NCBI RefSeq assembly: GCF_006345805.1
Contig: NC_042997.1
Span: 54,002,001-54,066,000 of the forward strand
Direction of reading: 5' to 3'
Length of the DNA: 64,000 nt
Source of the DNA: Octopus sinensis
Taxonomy: Eukaryota
Shown: positions 12,880 to 26,349 of the stretch, piece by piece
Numbering within the stretch: position 1 is the stretch's first letter
Layout of the letters: every line of letters begins with the position of its first letter
Position numbers and translations under genes: made by a program
The notes under the pieces: generated by a model
The model's database searches: none
Told to the model about the DNA's origin: nothing
Seen by the model: the letters and a program-made list of their open reading frames with translations, nothing else

Positions 12880-12985
12880 TAATGTATATATATAAAAATT
12901 AAAAATTTGTCTAATATAGCAGCATTTTCGAACTTCATTTTTTACAAATATATACCCACTCGTATACGAGCTAATCTTATTATAA

Positions 12986-13018
<33 letters not shown>

Positions 13019-13452
13019 ATATATATATAGCTGAAATTTACAGAAAAAAAAAGATAGGTGTATAAACAAGTTGGTGTATTAGTTTGACACTCAGAAGGTG
13101 AGAAAGTCTTTTACATTTTGAGCCTACACTTTCCAACAGAAAGGAACACAAGGAAATGAACAGAAAGAGAATAAAAAAACTTGTGGATTTCGCAGTCAAT
13201 CATGGCGACTTGTTGGACACAGGTAGTTAGGCAGGAGAGCAAGGAAGGGGAGATAATAAAGTAGTGGTGATCTGAAAATGAAGGTGTGTGTGCGTGTATT
13301 TGAGAGTGTGTAAGTGTGTGCATGTGGATAGGGGCTAGTGACTTTGACATGGATGTGTGCATGTTAAGTATGTGCGTGTGGGTGCTGAGAAGCGGTGAGT
13401 GCAAGTGTATGTGGAATAATGTGGGTTGTAATGTGTGCAGAGTGGGATGTGC

Positions 13453-13483
<31 letters not shown>

Positions 13484-13901
13484 GACAAGCAGTGTCATTT
13501 ATTTCAATATTCTGCAAGACCATGTCTGGCCATAGGGAAATATTGCCTTATTTGGAAGCAGGTGAGGGTTCACAACAGGACAGGCATCTGTCTCAATGAA
13601 TACCATCCACCCCACGCAAGTATGCAAAAGTGCATGTTAACATCGTGAGGATGGTGAAACAATCATTCTACATATTAGAGGAAAACACACGCATATAATT
13701 CAGTCTTGCACCCCTATACTAATATTTACATATACATACACACTTAGTAGTATAATAAATATATACAGTAACAAAAATAAAATAATAATATACGGAAGAT
13801 ACTAAATTAAATCATTAATTATAATGAATTGGAAAATTGAATAAATAAATACTGCAATCTATGGATACATTTGTAGACACTCCCAATAAAAATGTGCAAA
13901 C

Positions 13902-13965
<64 letters not shown>

Positions 13966-14065
13966 CAGTGAGATAGTTGTATACATTTGGGCGTAATACT
14001 TTTACTCAAGCCAGCATACATACAGGCATAGATATATAAACAAATTTTTGTACTGTGTATGTTCA

Positions 14066-14119
<54 letters not shown>

Positions 14120-14166
14120 CACATACATATATACATTATATATATGTACACATACATATAAACACA

Positions 14167-14197
<31 letters not shown>

Positions 14198-14631
14198 CAT
14201 ACATACATATATGCACAGACAACCACATGCATACACACACATCTATATAATACACATACAGAAACATATAGCACACACATGCTCTAATATCTGTAAACTT
14301 CCATCATCATCATCTTTTAACGTCCGTTGTCCATGCTGGCATAGGTTGGATAGTTTGACATGAGCTGGCCAGTTGAAGAGCTGCCCAGGTCCCTGTCTGC
14401 TTAGACATGGTTTCTATGGCTGGAAGCCCTTCCTAACATCAACTACTTTACAGTGCATTGAGGCAGCACCAGCATGGGTACAGTTACATGGCAACAGTAC
14501 AGACGCTTCTTACATTGCACCAGCACCCACAAGCCCACAAGATTAGGAATGCTCAGCTGGAAAGTGAAGCAGGGGACATGCCTGTATGCAAGGACAACCA
14601 AACTTGTATATTTACATATACATACATGCGC

Positions 14632-14684
<53 letters not shown>

Positions 14685-17600
14685 GTACATAAATATGTGA
14701 AAGTATATCTAAACACATATACATGAACACAGCCATATACATATATATACAATAGGGTCTCTATATCTGAGTATAATCCATTCCAGAGCCCTGTTTGTTA
14801 ACCAAATAATTTGTTACATGAATACTTGAAATACATATAAATAGGGGCAATTCTTTGTGAGCCACACTAAACTCCATGCAAAGGCAGAAAATGAGGTTTT
14901 ACTTGTCCATCAATAAATAATACATAAATGTATCTATATGTATACATGTGTATACATGCACTCATTTCTCCCTTTGCCTTACTGATGTCAACCCACAATT
15001 ATGTTTTCAGCAAAAACATATAAGAAATATTATCATTTTCTATATAATATATGAAAATTTACAAGCCCCATGAAATGCATACATGGACTTTAATGAACAG
15101 TTTGTACATGTTCTGCCAGCTAATTATATGCATATGTAGTCTGCTTGTGATTTGTAGTTCAAATTTCAGCAATAGGCTCCCAGTCACTTATATGCATGCA
15201 TAGTCTGCTCGTTGTTCCTTGATCAAATTTCAGCCCATTCAGCAAAGTTTAATTTTCTTTAGAAAATCCGTTCATTATTCAGTTTGTTTGTGTAGAGAAC
15301 CTTGTTTATATGGGTATCTCACTGTAAACATATCTACATGCATTCTCACTGCTTGTCTAAGTATACAGACATACTTTCATATAGTTATATATAATGATAT
15401 ATCTGCATACAGAAGTACTTTCATACTTAAATAAACACACCTATCTATATTATAATGACATAATCTAAATGAAGATCAATGTGTTCTCAGATTTAGTATT
15501 TTAATCATTAGTATTTACACAATTCTAGATATAAAAATTAGTCACCAGACTAGTTCATTAAAGTCACCAATTCAAAAACAGTGAGTTTAGTTTTCATACA
15601 TCTGGGTATGGAGTTGGACTGAATGTAGGTATATCTTGTAAATTTTAGACTAACATACTGAAGTGATTTCAGAATTCCTATTGAAAAGTGTATCTTCAGC
15701 AAAAGGATCCCCACTATGTATGCCACACATAAATCACAAGGCTTTTTTAATATCACTGTAAAATTTGTCCCCAGCCAAATTCTCAGAGTGCTGTACTGGA
15801 TGCTTTTTATCTGTCAAGCCCCAAATAGAATATGGAAGAGTGATATATTCCTACTAGCCTGGTTTTGAGATATATGACTGTGTGTCATATCTAGCTTTAA
15901 ATTTACTGGCTGTTAAACCTATATACAACTTACTCATAGTGATGGGGAGAAGAGTTAATCACACACGTATACTACCTTGTTGAAATGGCAGTTCTCATCC
16001 AAAGAACAATTATTTCTATTACAGCAATTAAATTTGCATCGTATCTACCATCAACATTAACAATATTATTATTACTATTTGTTAATTTAATTACATCTAA
16101 AAATGTAATGTTTCGTGCAAACTTAGCTGTAGAATAAGACAATTTTACAGTATTCCTATTAAAGATCTTACAATACCTATACACTGAAGCATTTTCTCGT
16201 AGAACATGTTCTACTAGAAAATACTTATTGAAAAAGAAAAGATTTTAACTATAAATGTGGCCAAATAATATAGCTGGATATGTTCTTCCTAATTCTATGA
16301 TTCTTAATAAAATACAGTTTCTCTTTAAAATACTAGATGCTGATGCTTTGTTACAGTTAAGCTTCCTTTAAAAAATTTCCTCATTAGCTGACAAATGAGC
16401 TAATCACAATGAGATACATTTAACCAAATATTCTTTGCTGTTTGGATGATGTGAAAATTTTTGACGTAATTAAGGGTTTCATTAGATTTCCTATATAGGT
16501 AATCCAACAGAGAGATTCTGGGTCAGAATCTAAGAAATTCACAAAAGATAGAGTTTTCACTAATATCACTGACAAACTTAAACCTTTGAGGTAATAAAAT
16601 CAAGTTCTTCCTAAATCTATCTATAGCACAGGACCTGCAATTAGTCAGGGTCAAAAGACTGTCATCTCTCAATAAACTGCCTCCTAAATTGGAGAACTTC
16701 ATCAATAAGGTGAAACAGAATAAATAAGTTGTTGACCTCAATCAAATCACTTGCCCCCTAATCACATCAAATGGTGTATTTGCGGATTTATTATCCAGAC
16801 ATCATAGTGCTTGTGTAAGCAGACTGTGTATATATGTGTCTGCATGTGCACTGGTGCATATGGTACCATGCCTTCCTTTTTTTTTTTTCTGAAGGATATT
16901 TTTTATTTTAGGACTGCCTCTCTACCTTTCATCCACACACAAGTTCATGCAGGAATCAATTACTTTAATGAAAGTCAATCAGTGTTTAAATCCTTCTCGA
17001 TTGACTTTTGCCTTATCATCTTTCCAGATTTCATATAGGGATTTATGCCGATGATGATGATGATGGTAAGAAGGGAACATAGTTAAAGACAAGTTTATAT
17101 GGTCATAAAGACTGTTTAAGATATTAAAAAAATATATTCATCACTCAGTGAAAATAGTAATATTTTTCTACTTCCAATGATGATGATGATGATATATTTC
17201 AAGAATCTTCCAGAGAAATGATTCTATAAGATTTTGGACATGGTGTGTGTATGAGAGAGACAGAGGGAGGTATCTGCATGTATGCATGTATGCACACACA
17301 GTAATCATCATAAATGACATTTTCCTCATAAATAAGTGACACTGAAGTTTAGTATTTTATGCTAGTGTAATGTTTCACTATTACACTTGGTCATTTACAA
17401 AATCAGCAGTGCTCTCAAAGTCTATATTCAATTTAAGGAAGAAATTTGCCAACGATAGAAATACCAATAACAAAGAAGAATTAAAGTGACATAGCTTTTC
17501 CCAACACCCTCTTAGGCTAAAAGTTATTTCCAGCCAAACGCAAAATAGAAAGATGACATAAATAACTTTGATTCTTTACTAAATATAAAATACAGGTCTG

Positions 17601-18708
17601 CCAAAGAAAACAAATGAGACAGTGTGTTGTCTAGTGCAGTAGAACTTAATACCAGAAGAAAGCTGATTAAAGTAAGAAAGTAAACATAAAGACGACAGCT
17701 TAACGATTATCAATAATAACGTCTATAGACTGAGAATGTTACCTTCCATGAGTACTAAAGTAACTCAGTTAGGCTAATGTTAGACCTAAGATAGAACGTT
17801 TCACTGTTGGCTGAGGTTGGAGGGAATCCAACACATGCCAAACTAGAAAAGCGATATCAACACCTGGCTCATGATAAATTATAGAAAAATGAAGGCATGT
17901 AATTCTAAGTCTAGTCTGAAATAGTGCCTCTTGATTGCCATTCACAATATTAAATAGCAGCAGCTAAAGAACTAGTTTCTAAGGGTACAGAAATATACCA
18001 GAGAAAATAACCTAAGAAATGACAGTGAACGGTGCTTCTGAATCTAAAAACAATTATAAATCAGCAGGTCTCCTATGAATTCCAAGTACTGAATATCTAA
18101 ATGTCTACATTCCCAGACACAAATATTACAATTGTGTACTCAGCAATGTCACAATTTACAAAAATGTTTTCAAAGACTTAAGATTGAAATGAGTCAACTT
18201 TTTAGTGATCAAATATTACTTATAGTGTTAAAAACAGTAATAATAAATTCACATAAGATGAGAAAAATAAAAATAAATTTTAAAAGTGGGTGAGTAAAAT
18301 TTTGTCAGCAGAGGTAGATGTTAAGAGTGATTCCAGCAGAAGAATTTGGCAGTTAAGTTAATAAACAGCAGATAAAGTATACAGGTCAAGGTTAAATTCA
18401 TTGGCAGATCTTAGCAATCAATCTACTTGAAAGTTGTTCTACATTTACAGTTATATACTTTTCCATATTTTTGCATCTTAACTTTTATTTTTTATATACT
18501 TTGAATATTGATTAATCTTTCACAAAAGAAAACATCAACAATCAATTTTCCCTATATTTACTGACCATAATTCTTAATGTTTTGAATATTTGTAGTTATG
18601 TTTTTATATTTTTCTTTTATATTCAGGTCAGAATGTAAGGTAATTGGTTGGAATCTGGTAATAAAATCATAAACAATGTTTAGAAAAATGAAAATAAACA
18701 TTACTTAC

Positions 18709-18835
18709 AGTCTTTCTCTAAAACAACAGGTTGTTTATCTTGAGACTTTGGAGCTTCAGTTAAGTGTAATCCTGTTTCAGGATCATAACCGACTTTCTCA
18801 ATTGTTCGTTTGCAAGCTCTCACTATGGATCCCCC
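18709..18835 (-). CDS. BRPF1: BRPF exon E (127 nt): GGSIVRACKRTIEKVGYDPETGLHLTEAPKSQDKQPVVLEKD
   Basis: Acceptor ttgtag, donor GTAAGT. Phase 0 in and phase 1 out fit both neighbours. G.D.ETG.H motif is typical after the BRPF bromodomain. Confidence 0.9.
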
Positions 18836-20099
18836 CTACAAACAGAAGTTAAGAAAAAAGATGGTTAAAAAAGATAATTGAATGCAAAAACCTTTGCATA
18901 AATACTGAAAAAGAATGCTGTCAGAAAATATTTTTACTGCAGTTTGGTTTGTTCAAACAAAAATAAACACCAAAAATAAAAATAACAAATGTTTCTAACA
19001 ACAGAAAGAAGGTCAGAATTTGGTAGGAGGGATAGTTAAATAAATCAACATCAATACTTGAGTGGTACTTCATTTTATCAATCTTAGAGGGATGAAAGGC
19101 AAAGAGAACACCAGTGGGATTTGAACTCAGAACAAATACAAGGTATTTATTGTATTCCTGTAATGACTCTACCAATCCATCATGCTAAAATAATAATCTT
19201 AGCAAAAATAAAAAAGTATCTGCAGGTGAAAGGTAATCAGTTTTGTCATAGATGTAGTGATTTGGTAAAAGAATGTAGACATCTATAATTAATGTTATCA
19301 AATATTTTCTTTTCTTCATACTTATACATGTCAGATAAAGAGAATGTCTTCACCAACATCAACTTTCTTACAGTGTCAAAAAAATAAAATACCAATAAAG
19401 TATTGGCACTGATTTCACCAACCTCTCATCACCAATTTTCTAACCTGGTGCCTAATTGCTTCTATCATTAATAGAAACCATATTAATGATAGTAGTATGC
19501 AGAAAAAAAAGTGAAGTTAAGGGTAAAAGATTTCAAACAAAAATGTTTAATAACATTACTTCAAGGGCACTGTAGTTGCATAAATGATAATGTACAAGGC
19601 TGAATACTTGACACAGTTTTGTCATCTATGCTACGAATATATATCATAATTGATTTTCTTTTGCATCCTTCAAGGGTTAACGAAAAAGCTACCAGATATA
19701 CACTAAAGTATAGATGGTCAATCAACTAGCTATATCTCTTCCATATAAATGTGTAGTCTTGTGCCAATGTAAGAAACTACAATAACATTGCTGTTAGTTC
19801 AAGTTTTAATTATCTTGATTAAAACAATTTTGCTTACACTATCATCACTAATCCCATACAAATTGCCTGTATATAAAATATGCCAGCACAAATAAAGAAG
19901 CAGTGTTATACAAAATTCAGAAGTTCCACCCCTAATAAACCATACAATTATATTATACCATAAAGCAGTAGCTCCATATAATTCATAAACCAGAAACAAA
20001 TGCTGGATTTTTTTTTCTTGCAAACATTCATTTCATTTAATATTACATCTTATTTTTAAATGATGGAAAGGGTAGGTGTATAATTAATTGAATAAACTT

Positions 20100-20360
20100 T
20101 TAAAAAATAATAAAATGCGCCCTTTTTAAAGCCTAGCCAGGCTCATGGACCCAGTTTCAGTGACGTATGTGTTCCCCAGCTGGACGGGACGCCAGTCCAT
20201 TGCAGCATTAATTCATTTTTGCCAGTTGAGTGGACTGGAGCAACGCAAAACGAAGTGTTTTCTTCAAGAATACAATGCGTCGTCTGGTTCAGGAATCAAG
20301 ACCACAATCTTACGATCATGATGCTGATACCCTAACCACTAAGCCACGTGCTTCCATGAA
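20100..20360 (-). mobile_element. tRNA-derived SINE (distinct family)
   Basis: Minus-strand head gcacgTGGCTTAGTGGttagggt...ggtcttgattcc (A/B boxes), ending in an A/T-rich tail. Confidence 0.7.
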
Positions 20361-21330
20361 TCAACTTTAATTATACTTTAATTACTAAAATTGATTTGAA
20401 TGCTTATAAGATTCTATAAATTCAACAGCATGAATATTGAACAACACTCTATTTGATGACATCTAGAAAAGATACCATTATTGAAAACTTATTACCAATG
20501 TTCATTTTATCAACTCCAATTAGATTAGAAAGTTAACTTTTGTTTTGTGGATAGAGTACAAGATACTTCCAATATCAAAAATACAAAAATTACTACAAAT
20601 GTTAACTTTATTTTTACACAACAATAGTAGTTGAAAGCTAATTATTACAATTTCAGATATTATAAGTAATTTTAAAATGAATTTAAAAACAAAACATATT
20701 CAATATTTCACCAAACTTTAAATTGGTCACTTTACTAAAGAAACAAGCAATAGAAGTGATTTTAAACTTTCATTTTTGACACGAACACAATACAGATAAG
20801 TAAAAGCTGACTTTTACTGGCACATTTAAACCCATTTTATTTTTGTCTGAGAATGCAGAGCTTACAGCTTCTAGGCCAAACACAATACTGCAGAAACTGA
20901 CACCCTTTCCTATAGTATTTCTAAGGCAGCAATTTTAAGCATCAATAATATCACCAGCTTAGCATCAAAAGCAGCTACACTTGAAATATTTTTAGATCTG
21001 AAGATTTCCATCTTTGAGAAAGAGGGACTATTACAAGCCTTTTTATCAGAGAGAAAGAAAGAGGGGGTGATTGCTCCACTCCAAAAGAAAGAGATAGTAC
21101 AAACTAGATATTAAAAAAAAAATAAACCAAAAGCCACTCACACAACAGTTACCAAAAAAGTTTAGTTTGCACATGTGAAAAAAAAATCTTTGATAACTTT
21201 AAAATCAAGAAGAAATTTTATCTCCCAAATGATCTTGTAACACTCATGCTCTTATGCTGTTTCCTTGCTGCTTATGAAATATGTTTACACCTATCCAGAG
21301 AAAGCATTTTAAACATAAATATATATATAT

Positions 21331-21621
21331 ATTATATAAAAGGGCTTAGTAAAATAAATTACTTTGCCGCATACTGAACTCATTAGAAATAGCAGCTAAA
21401 AAACTTTTTAAGGCTATTCTAATACTTAAGAAAATCTCTCTCATATATAGTGTTTGCTTAATTCAACTCACAAATTTTGTGAGTTGAATTAAGCAAACAC
21501 TATATATGAGAGAGATTTTCTTTAAGTATTAGAAATAGCCTTAAAAAAGTTTTTAGCTGCTATTTCTAATGAGTTCAGTATGCGGCAAAGTAATTTATTT
21601 TACTAAGCCCTTTTATATAAT
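21331..21621. mobile_element. Spacer-less palindromic MITE-like element (~145-bp arms)
   Basis: Near-perfect hairpin centred at 21475 (cacaaa-t-tttgtg). Arms differ only by a few homopolymer slips. Adjacent to (TA)n. Confidence 0.8.
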
Positions 21622-21744
21622 GTAATAATTTGAATTCGCCTTGAATGGTCCCTTTGCATACTGAACACTTGGTGAAATTGATTAATAATTAATTAATTTT
21701 GCCCTCAATTGTTGAAATTATATATATATATATATATATATACT

Positions 21745-22141
21745 CTTTTTTTTACTCTTACTTGTTTCAGTCATTTGACTGCGGCCATGCTGGAGCACCG
21801 CCTTTAATCGAGCAACTCGGCCCCGGGACTTATTCTTTTGTAAGCCCAGTACTTATTCTATCGGTCTCTTTTGCCGAACCGCTAAGTGACGGGGACATAG
21901 ACACACCAACATCGGCTGTCAAGCAATGCTAGGGGGACAAACACAGACACACAAACATAGACACGCATACATATATATACATATATACGACTGGCTTCTT
22001 TCAGTTTCCGTCTACCAAATCCACTCACAAGGCTTTGGTCGGCCCAAGGCTATAGTAGAAGACACTAGCCCAAGGTGCCATGCAGTGGGACTGAACCCAG
22101 AACCATGTGGTTGGCAAACAAGCTACTTACCACACAGCCAC
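21745..22141 (-). mobile_element. tRNA-headed SINE (family C)
   Basis: Head gtggctgtgtggtaagtagcttg...ggttctgggttcagtcccact and tail gactgaaacaagtaagag. Related copies lie at about 36705-37075(-), 39870-40205(-), 40205-40320(+) and 62590-62995(-). Confidence 0.8.
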
Positions 22142-23074
22142 ACTATATATATATATTCACAATAATTTTGTCTTTTAGCCCAATAACCATGAACTGATAA
22201 TATTGATAAAAATGCCACGAATTGAAGTATTAAATATAGTGTTTATCCTCAGGTCAGCCCTGATTAGGCGAAGCTACAATATACCATGGTCCATCTTTAA
22301 TCATCATATTTTTATAGACAGTTTATAAAAACTGCATTATGCAATATAATCTGACATCATCTTTTTTGACATACTAGGGTGTAACTGCAGGGTATTTGGC
22401 TATTATTTTTATCAAGAGGTCCCTCGGTTTTCAGTCTGCTCTTGTTTTTTTATTTTCTCCAGGCCATTTCAGAGGAGTTTAAGATTAGCTGTTTGGGGAA
22501 ACTCTAGTATGCTGACTTATGGAATCTCTCAGTGAATTAAAGAAAATATTGCAAACAGGAAAGCAAAACTTAGAACCAAGAGATCTCAAAGCAAGCTTAG
22601 AAATGACAAAAATTCTAGAGAATAGGAAAGAAGTCAGGATTCTGCTTCCATCAAGAAGGTGACTTTGCTCAAACTGTGAAAAGGGATCAGAGAAATTGAC
22701 AGACTGAAAGACTTTGTATGCAACATACTCAAAAGCAGTGAGAAATAGGAGTATCCATGCAAATGAATTCTTTTAAATACTCAGAAGATTCTCCAGAAAA
22801 AGTTAATGGCTTCCATTACCTAGGTAGCCTAATTAGTCATACAGACAAGTGTTATAAAGGCACAGTAACCAGAAAACAGAATAAGATGAATCGTTTTTCA
22901 TCCTTGATCTCATTGTTTGTTTACATTTGGTATCTCGGATACGAAACTTCATAACAAAATCAGTGCTGGCTATAATTTCTATGGAAAATCTGTAGAGATG
23001 AACTTAACATGTAATTTAAAAGGACTTCTAACACAATAGTAAATGGTACTGACATTTAATATGCTTTGCAGTAT

Positions 23075-23555
23075 ATTATGGTTGCATATTCTGAACGCCT
23101 TACTTCCCTGGGCATGGACACATTGAAACTCCGACGTCTGACAGCTAACTTGGCAGACACCCATAAAATTATCAACCATCTTACAAACAATAACTCTGAG
23201 CACCTTTTCAAACTCCACCCGTCTAACACCCGTGGACATATTTACAAAGTCAGAAAACAGCACAGCTCCCATGACTTTAGGAAACATTTTTTCACACTGA
23301 GAGTTGCTGAAGCATGGAACAAACTGCCAGCATCAGTTGTTAGTTGTCGGAGCACTGCATCCTTCAAAACTTCCATGCTTTCCAAGATTCGCCAACACTA
23401 CACCTGATTTTCTCCCCTCCATACACACACAAGCATGTATCTGACTCATACATTGTTCCCTTTCCAGACATTTGCACATTACTGCATGTACTCTATACGC
23501 ACTTTCTGACAAGTTGTGGTGCACCTGAGCACTGTATACAATAATTTCATTATTA
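23075..23555 (+). mobile_element. CR1-clade LINE 3' end
   Basis: ORF 23066..23407 has YSERL..LG..TL..RR, TRGH.YK, F..RV...WNKLP, the typical CR1 ORF2 C-terminus, followed by a short 3' UTR. Confidence 0.8.
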
Positions 23556-24179
23556 TAATGAAATACCGTGTCCCTACAAGTCATTACAAAGTAATGAGAT
23601 ACTGTGCTAGAAGACCCATCCAAAGCAATCATAAAATGATTATGATAATTAAATATAAAACAAAGTTCTATAAAAAATTTATTTTTATAGAATAATGAGT
23701 GATTAATAAGCTGATAGAAAAGAAAACAATCCTAGAATTCATGCACACTAAAGGATCAATGCATCATAAATTTTATTTTCTATGTCAGAATTAGGTCAAG
23801 CAGCATTAGGGCCAAGTTCAACAATATTAGCAAGGCTCCATAAATTTTATTATCAAATAAAACAAATCACAAAGAAAAACAAGACAGTCAAAACATATCG
23901 ACCACTATTGGAATTAATTTATTTAAACATAATTACCCTTATCCAAATAACTTGTTCAGTCTTTAGCAAGAAATTGTCAAAGTTTTATATAAATTTCACT
24001 TAGTACTTTTTTTTCTTGAGATGTCAACAGATATGCAAAACAATATTTAACCCCCCACCTACCCAAAAATAAATTTTGCATCCCTAAAAAAAAAATCACA
24101 AAATGACCCCAAGGAAATCTTTAAAATGTTGCTTACTATCTAAAATATTTCAACATTCATCAAAGAATGGGTTTTATTT

Positions 24180-24388
24180 TTACCCCTTTTTTTTTACCAT
24201 ACTTCTGGTGAAACACATTGCCTTTAATTTCAATTAATTTTGAAAATAATGAAAAATTTAGTCAAATAAGTTTGTTATAAATTCTGATTGAAGGTTTTAA
24301 TTTAAATAACTTTAAAACAGGAAGTTTGTATCAGAAAACTAGATGCAGTCTCAGGCAATTTCAGGAGGGTTGGTATCAAAAGAGTTAA
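24180..24388. mobile_element. Degenerate TTAA-type MITE
   Basis: Right end ttggtatcaaaagagttaa. Left end decayed (tacccctttttttttaccatac). Confidence 0.35.
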
Positions 24389-26349
24389 ATATGAATTTAA
24401 AAACTGAAAAATTATATATTTTTTTTTAAGAAAATTTTTAAAAATTAACTTACAGAAAAATAATTACTTTCAAATTCTTAAATTAGTTTTTTTATTTTAG
24501 TGCTTATAACGAAATTTAAATAGGCAGCAGAAAATATGCATAATCTGACTAGAAAACCACAAACTTAAGTGACATACATTCTATACAACACTAAGTAGGT
24601 GTTTATTAAGTCCAGAGCATCTGGTCTCTCAAAAAAATTTGATGAGATGTACAGTTTTATCAGCAGCCACAGATGTGCTATTTGGGAGAGCAAATGTACG
24701 CAAGGTACTATTCCAAAATATAGAGTTAAAGAAAGTACTATTAGTGAACTTAAAAGGTTGTATAACAGAAGTTTAAAACCTAGATACACAATTACTTAAC
24801 CAGATTCAATATTAAAGAAATTTCACCTCACCTGATTATATTAGAAAATAATATCAAAACTGAAATGCTTCAGTTTTAAACAAGTGAAGGTTGAACAAAC
24901 TCATGGCAATTAAAATCATTTTAAAATAGAAACATGGTTATCAATGGTTTACTACAGATATCAAAAGCATTAAATATCCATATCTAAACACCTCCAATTA
25001 CTAACAAACCATAAACTTGACAATATAATTTCTTACATAGGCTCAAGAACTTTGATAAACAGGATAATGGTAACAGGAAATTTAATTTTTATACTTTTCT
25101 GAAGAGCATTACTAGCTTAATTCTGGAAATTGGGCTCAGTCCATTGAAAACCTTTGTAACATATTTGTATGATTTTGGACAAGCAATCTATTTATTAAAA
25201 ACTCTTTCGTCTCTCTCTCTCTCTCTTTCTTCCTGCATATTAAACACATGTAGACACCAATGTATATTACTAAGGTTGTTTATATGAGAGAGAGGAAAAA
25301 GAAACTTAAATAGCTCAACACTAAGGTATTAAACTAAGATTAAATAACCATGTAGGGGCCTACTTGAAAAATGATTTACTTTAAAATATTATAAGCAATT
25401 AAATAAACTTTAATACCAATGTTAAGTGCAATAATGTTGGGCAATTGCCTTTTTATAAATAGAAATATTTAAAAAACCAACAAAAACTATTTGAAAAAAG
25501 AGAAAGGAACTTATTGTGTAATGTGAATACATCTTGAATAAGCAGGAAGCCAAGAGGTTGTAGAGGAAGAAACTGCTAAATGGTGATGTCTATGTCCTCC
25601 CCAGAGTTTAGAGAAATATCTAATTCCAACTGGGAACCAAAACTAGGTCATAAGACTCCTTTCAGAGAGAATTTGCTATAGGTCATCAACCACAACTACA
25701 TAAATACTAATTATCAAAATTAAAAGTTAAAAAATGATTATGTGTGCATATACACACAGTGTGTGTATTGATATTATTTTTATGCTTTTAATTTTGAAAA
25801 TATTCAGTTGTGCTAATAAAGAGACATCACTATGTAAAACTATATAAACATAATAAAGAGTGTAATAATATAATGGTATTCACACACAGCACTGGGGTAA
25901 AATAGCCTTGCGCATAAGATATTGGAAAAGTTTCTCATGGTTTATGATTTCAAATATGTTTCTAGCATTTCATTGTCTTTCTGAGTAGAAAACTTTATTC
26001 TACATTACCCCAGTTCACCTAGTTACCAGAAAGAGATGCAAGATCAATAATCTGAGAATGTACAGCCTCAGACTAAATTCAATGAGTATCTCAATCCACT
26101 TATCTATTGAATACAGGGTTTGTTTTGCATTATTGGATCTGTATACATCATTTAGTATGCTACACACATTTCAAGCTATTGGATTGTCTGGAAAGTTTGT
26201 GCCAATTTATAGTAGCTTACCTTTTGACTTATTTTAGAACATGGTTGAGTCCATAAAATAGGATTTGACTACACCTCCATTTAGAGCACAATTTAAGCTA
26301 TCTTTTCGTGGAAGAAGGTTTATGTTCCTATAACCTGTGTTAATTCTGT

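Larger units (their letters stand above)
11893..12954. mobile_element. Fold-back element: 390-bp inverted arms (11893-12282 / 12565-12954) around a 282-bp spacer, between (TA)n tracts; probably Penelope-like (pLTR-derived)
   Basis: The arms are reverse complements with one mismatch seen by eye (11985/12862). No ORF. Hammerhead-like motif in each arm and promoter motifs in the spacer. The PLE assignment is inference. Confidence 0.85.

Noticed and set aside
20900-21100. Open minus-strand frame as an extra cassette exon
   Set aside because: No convincing splice sites or homology, and exons D and E already join in frame.
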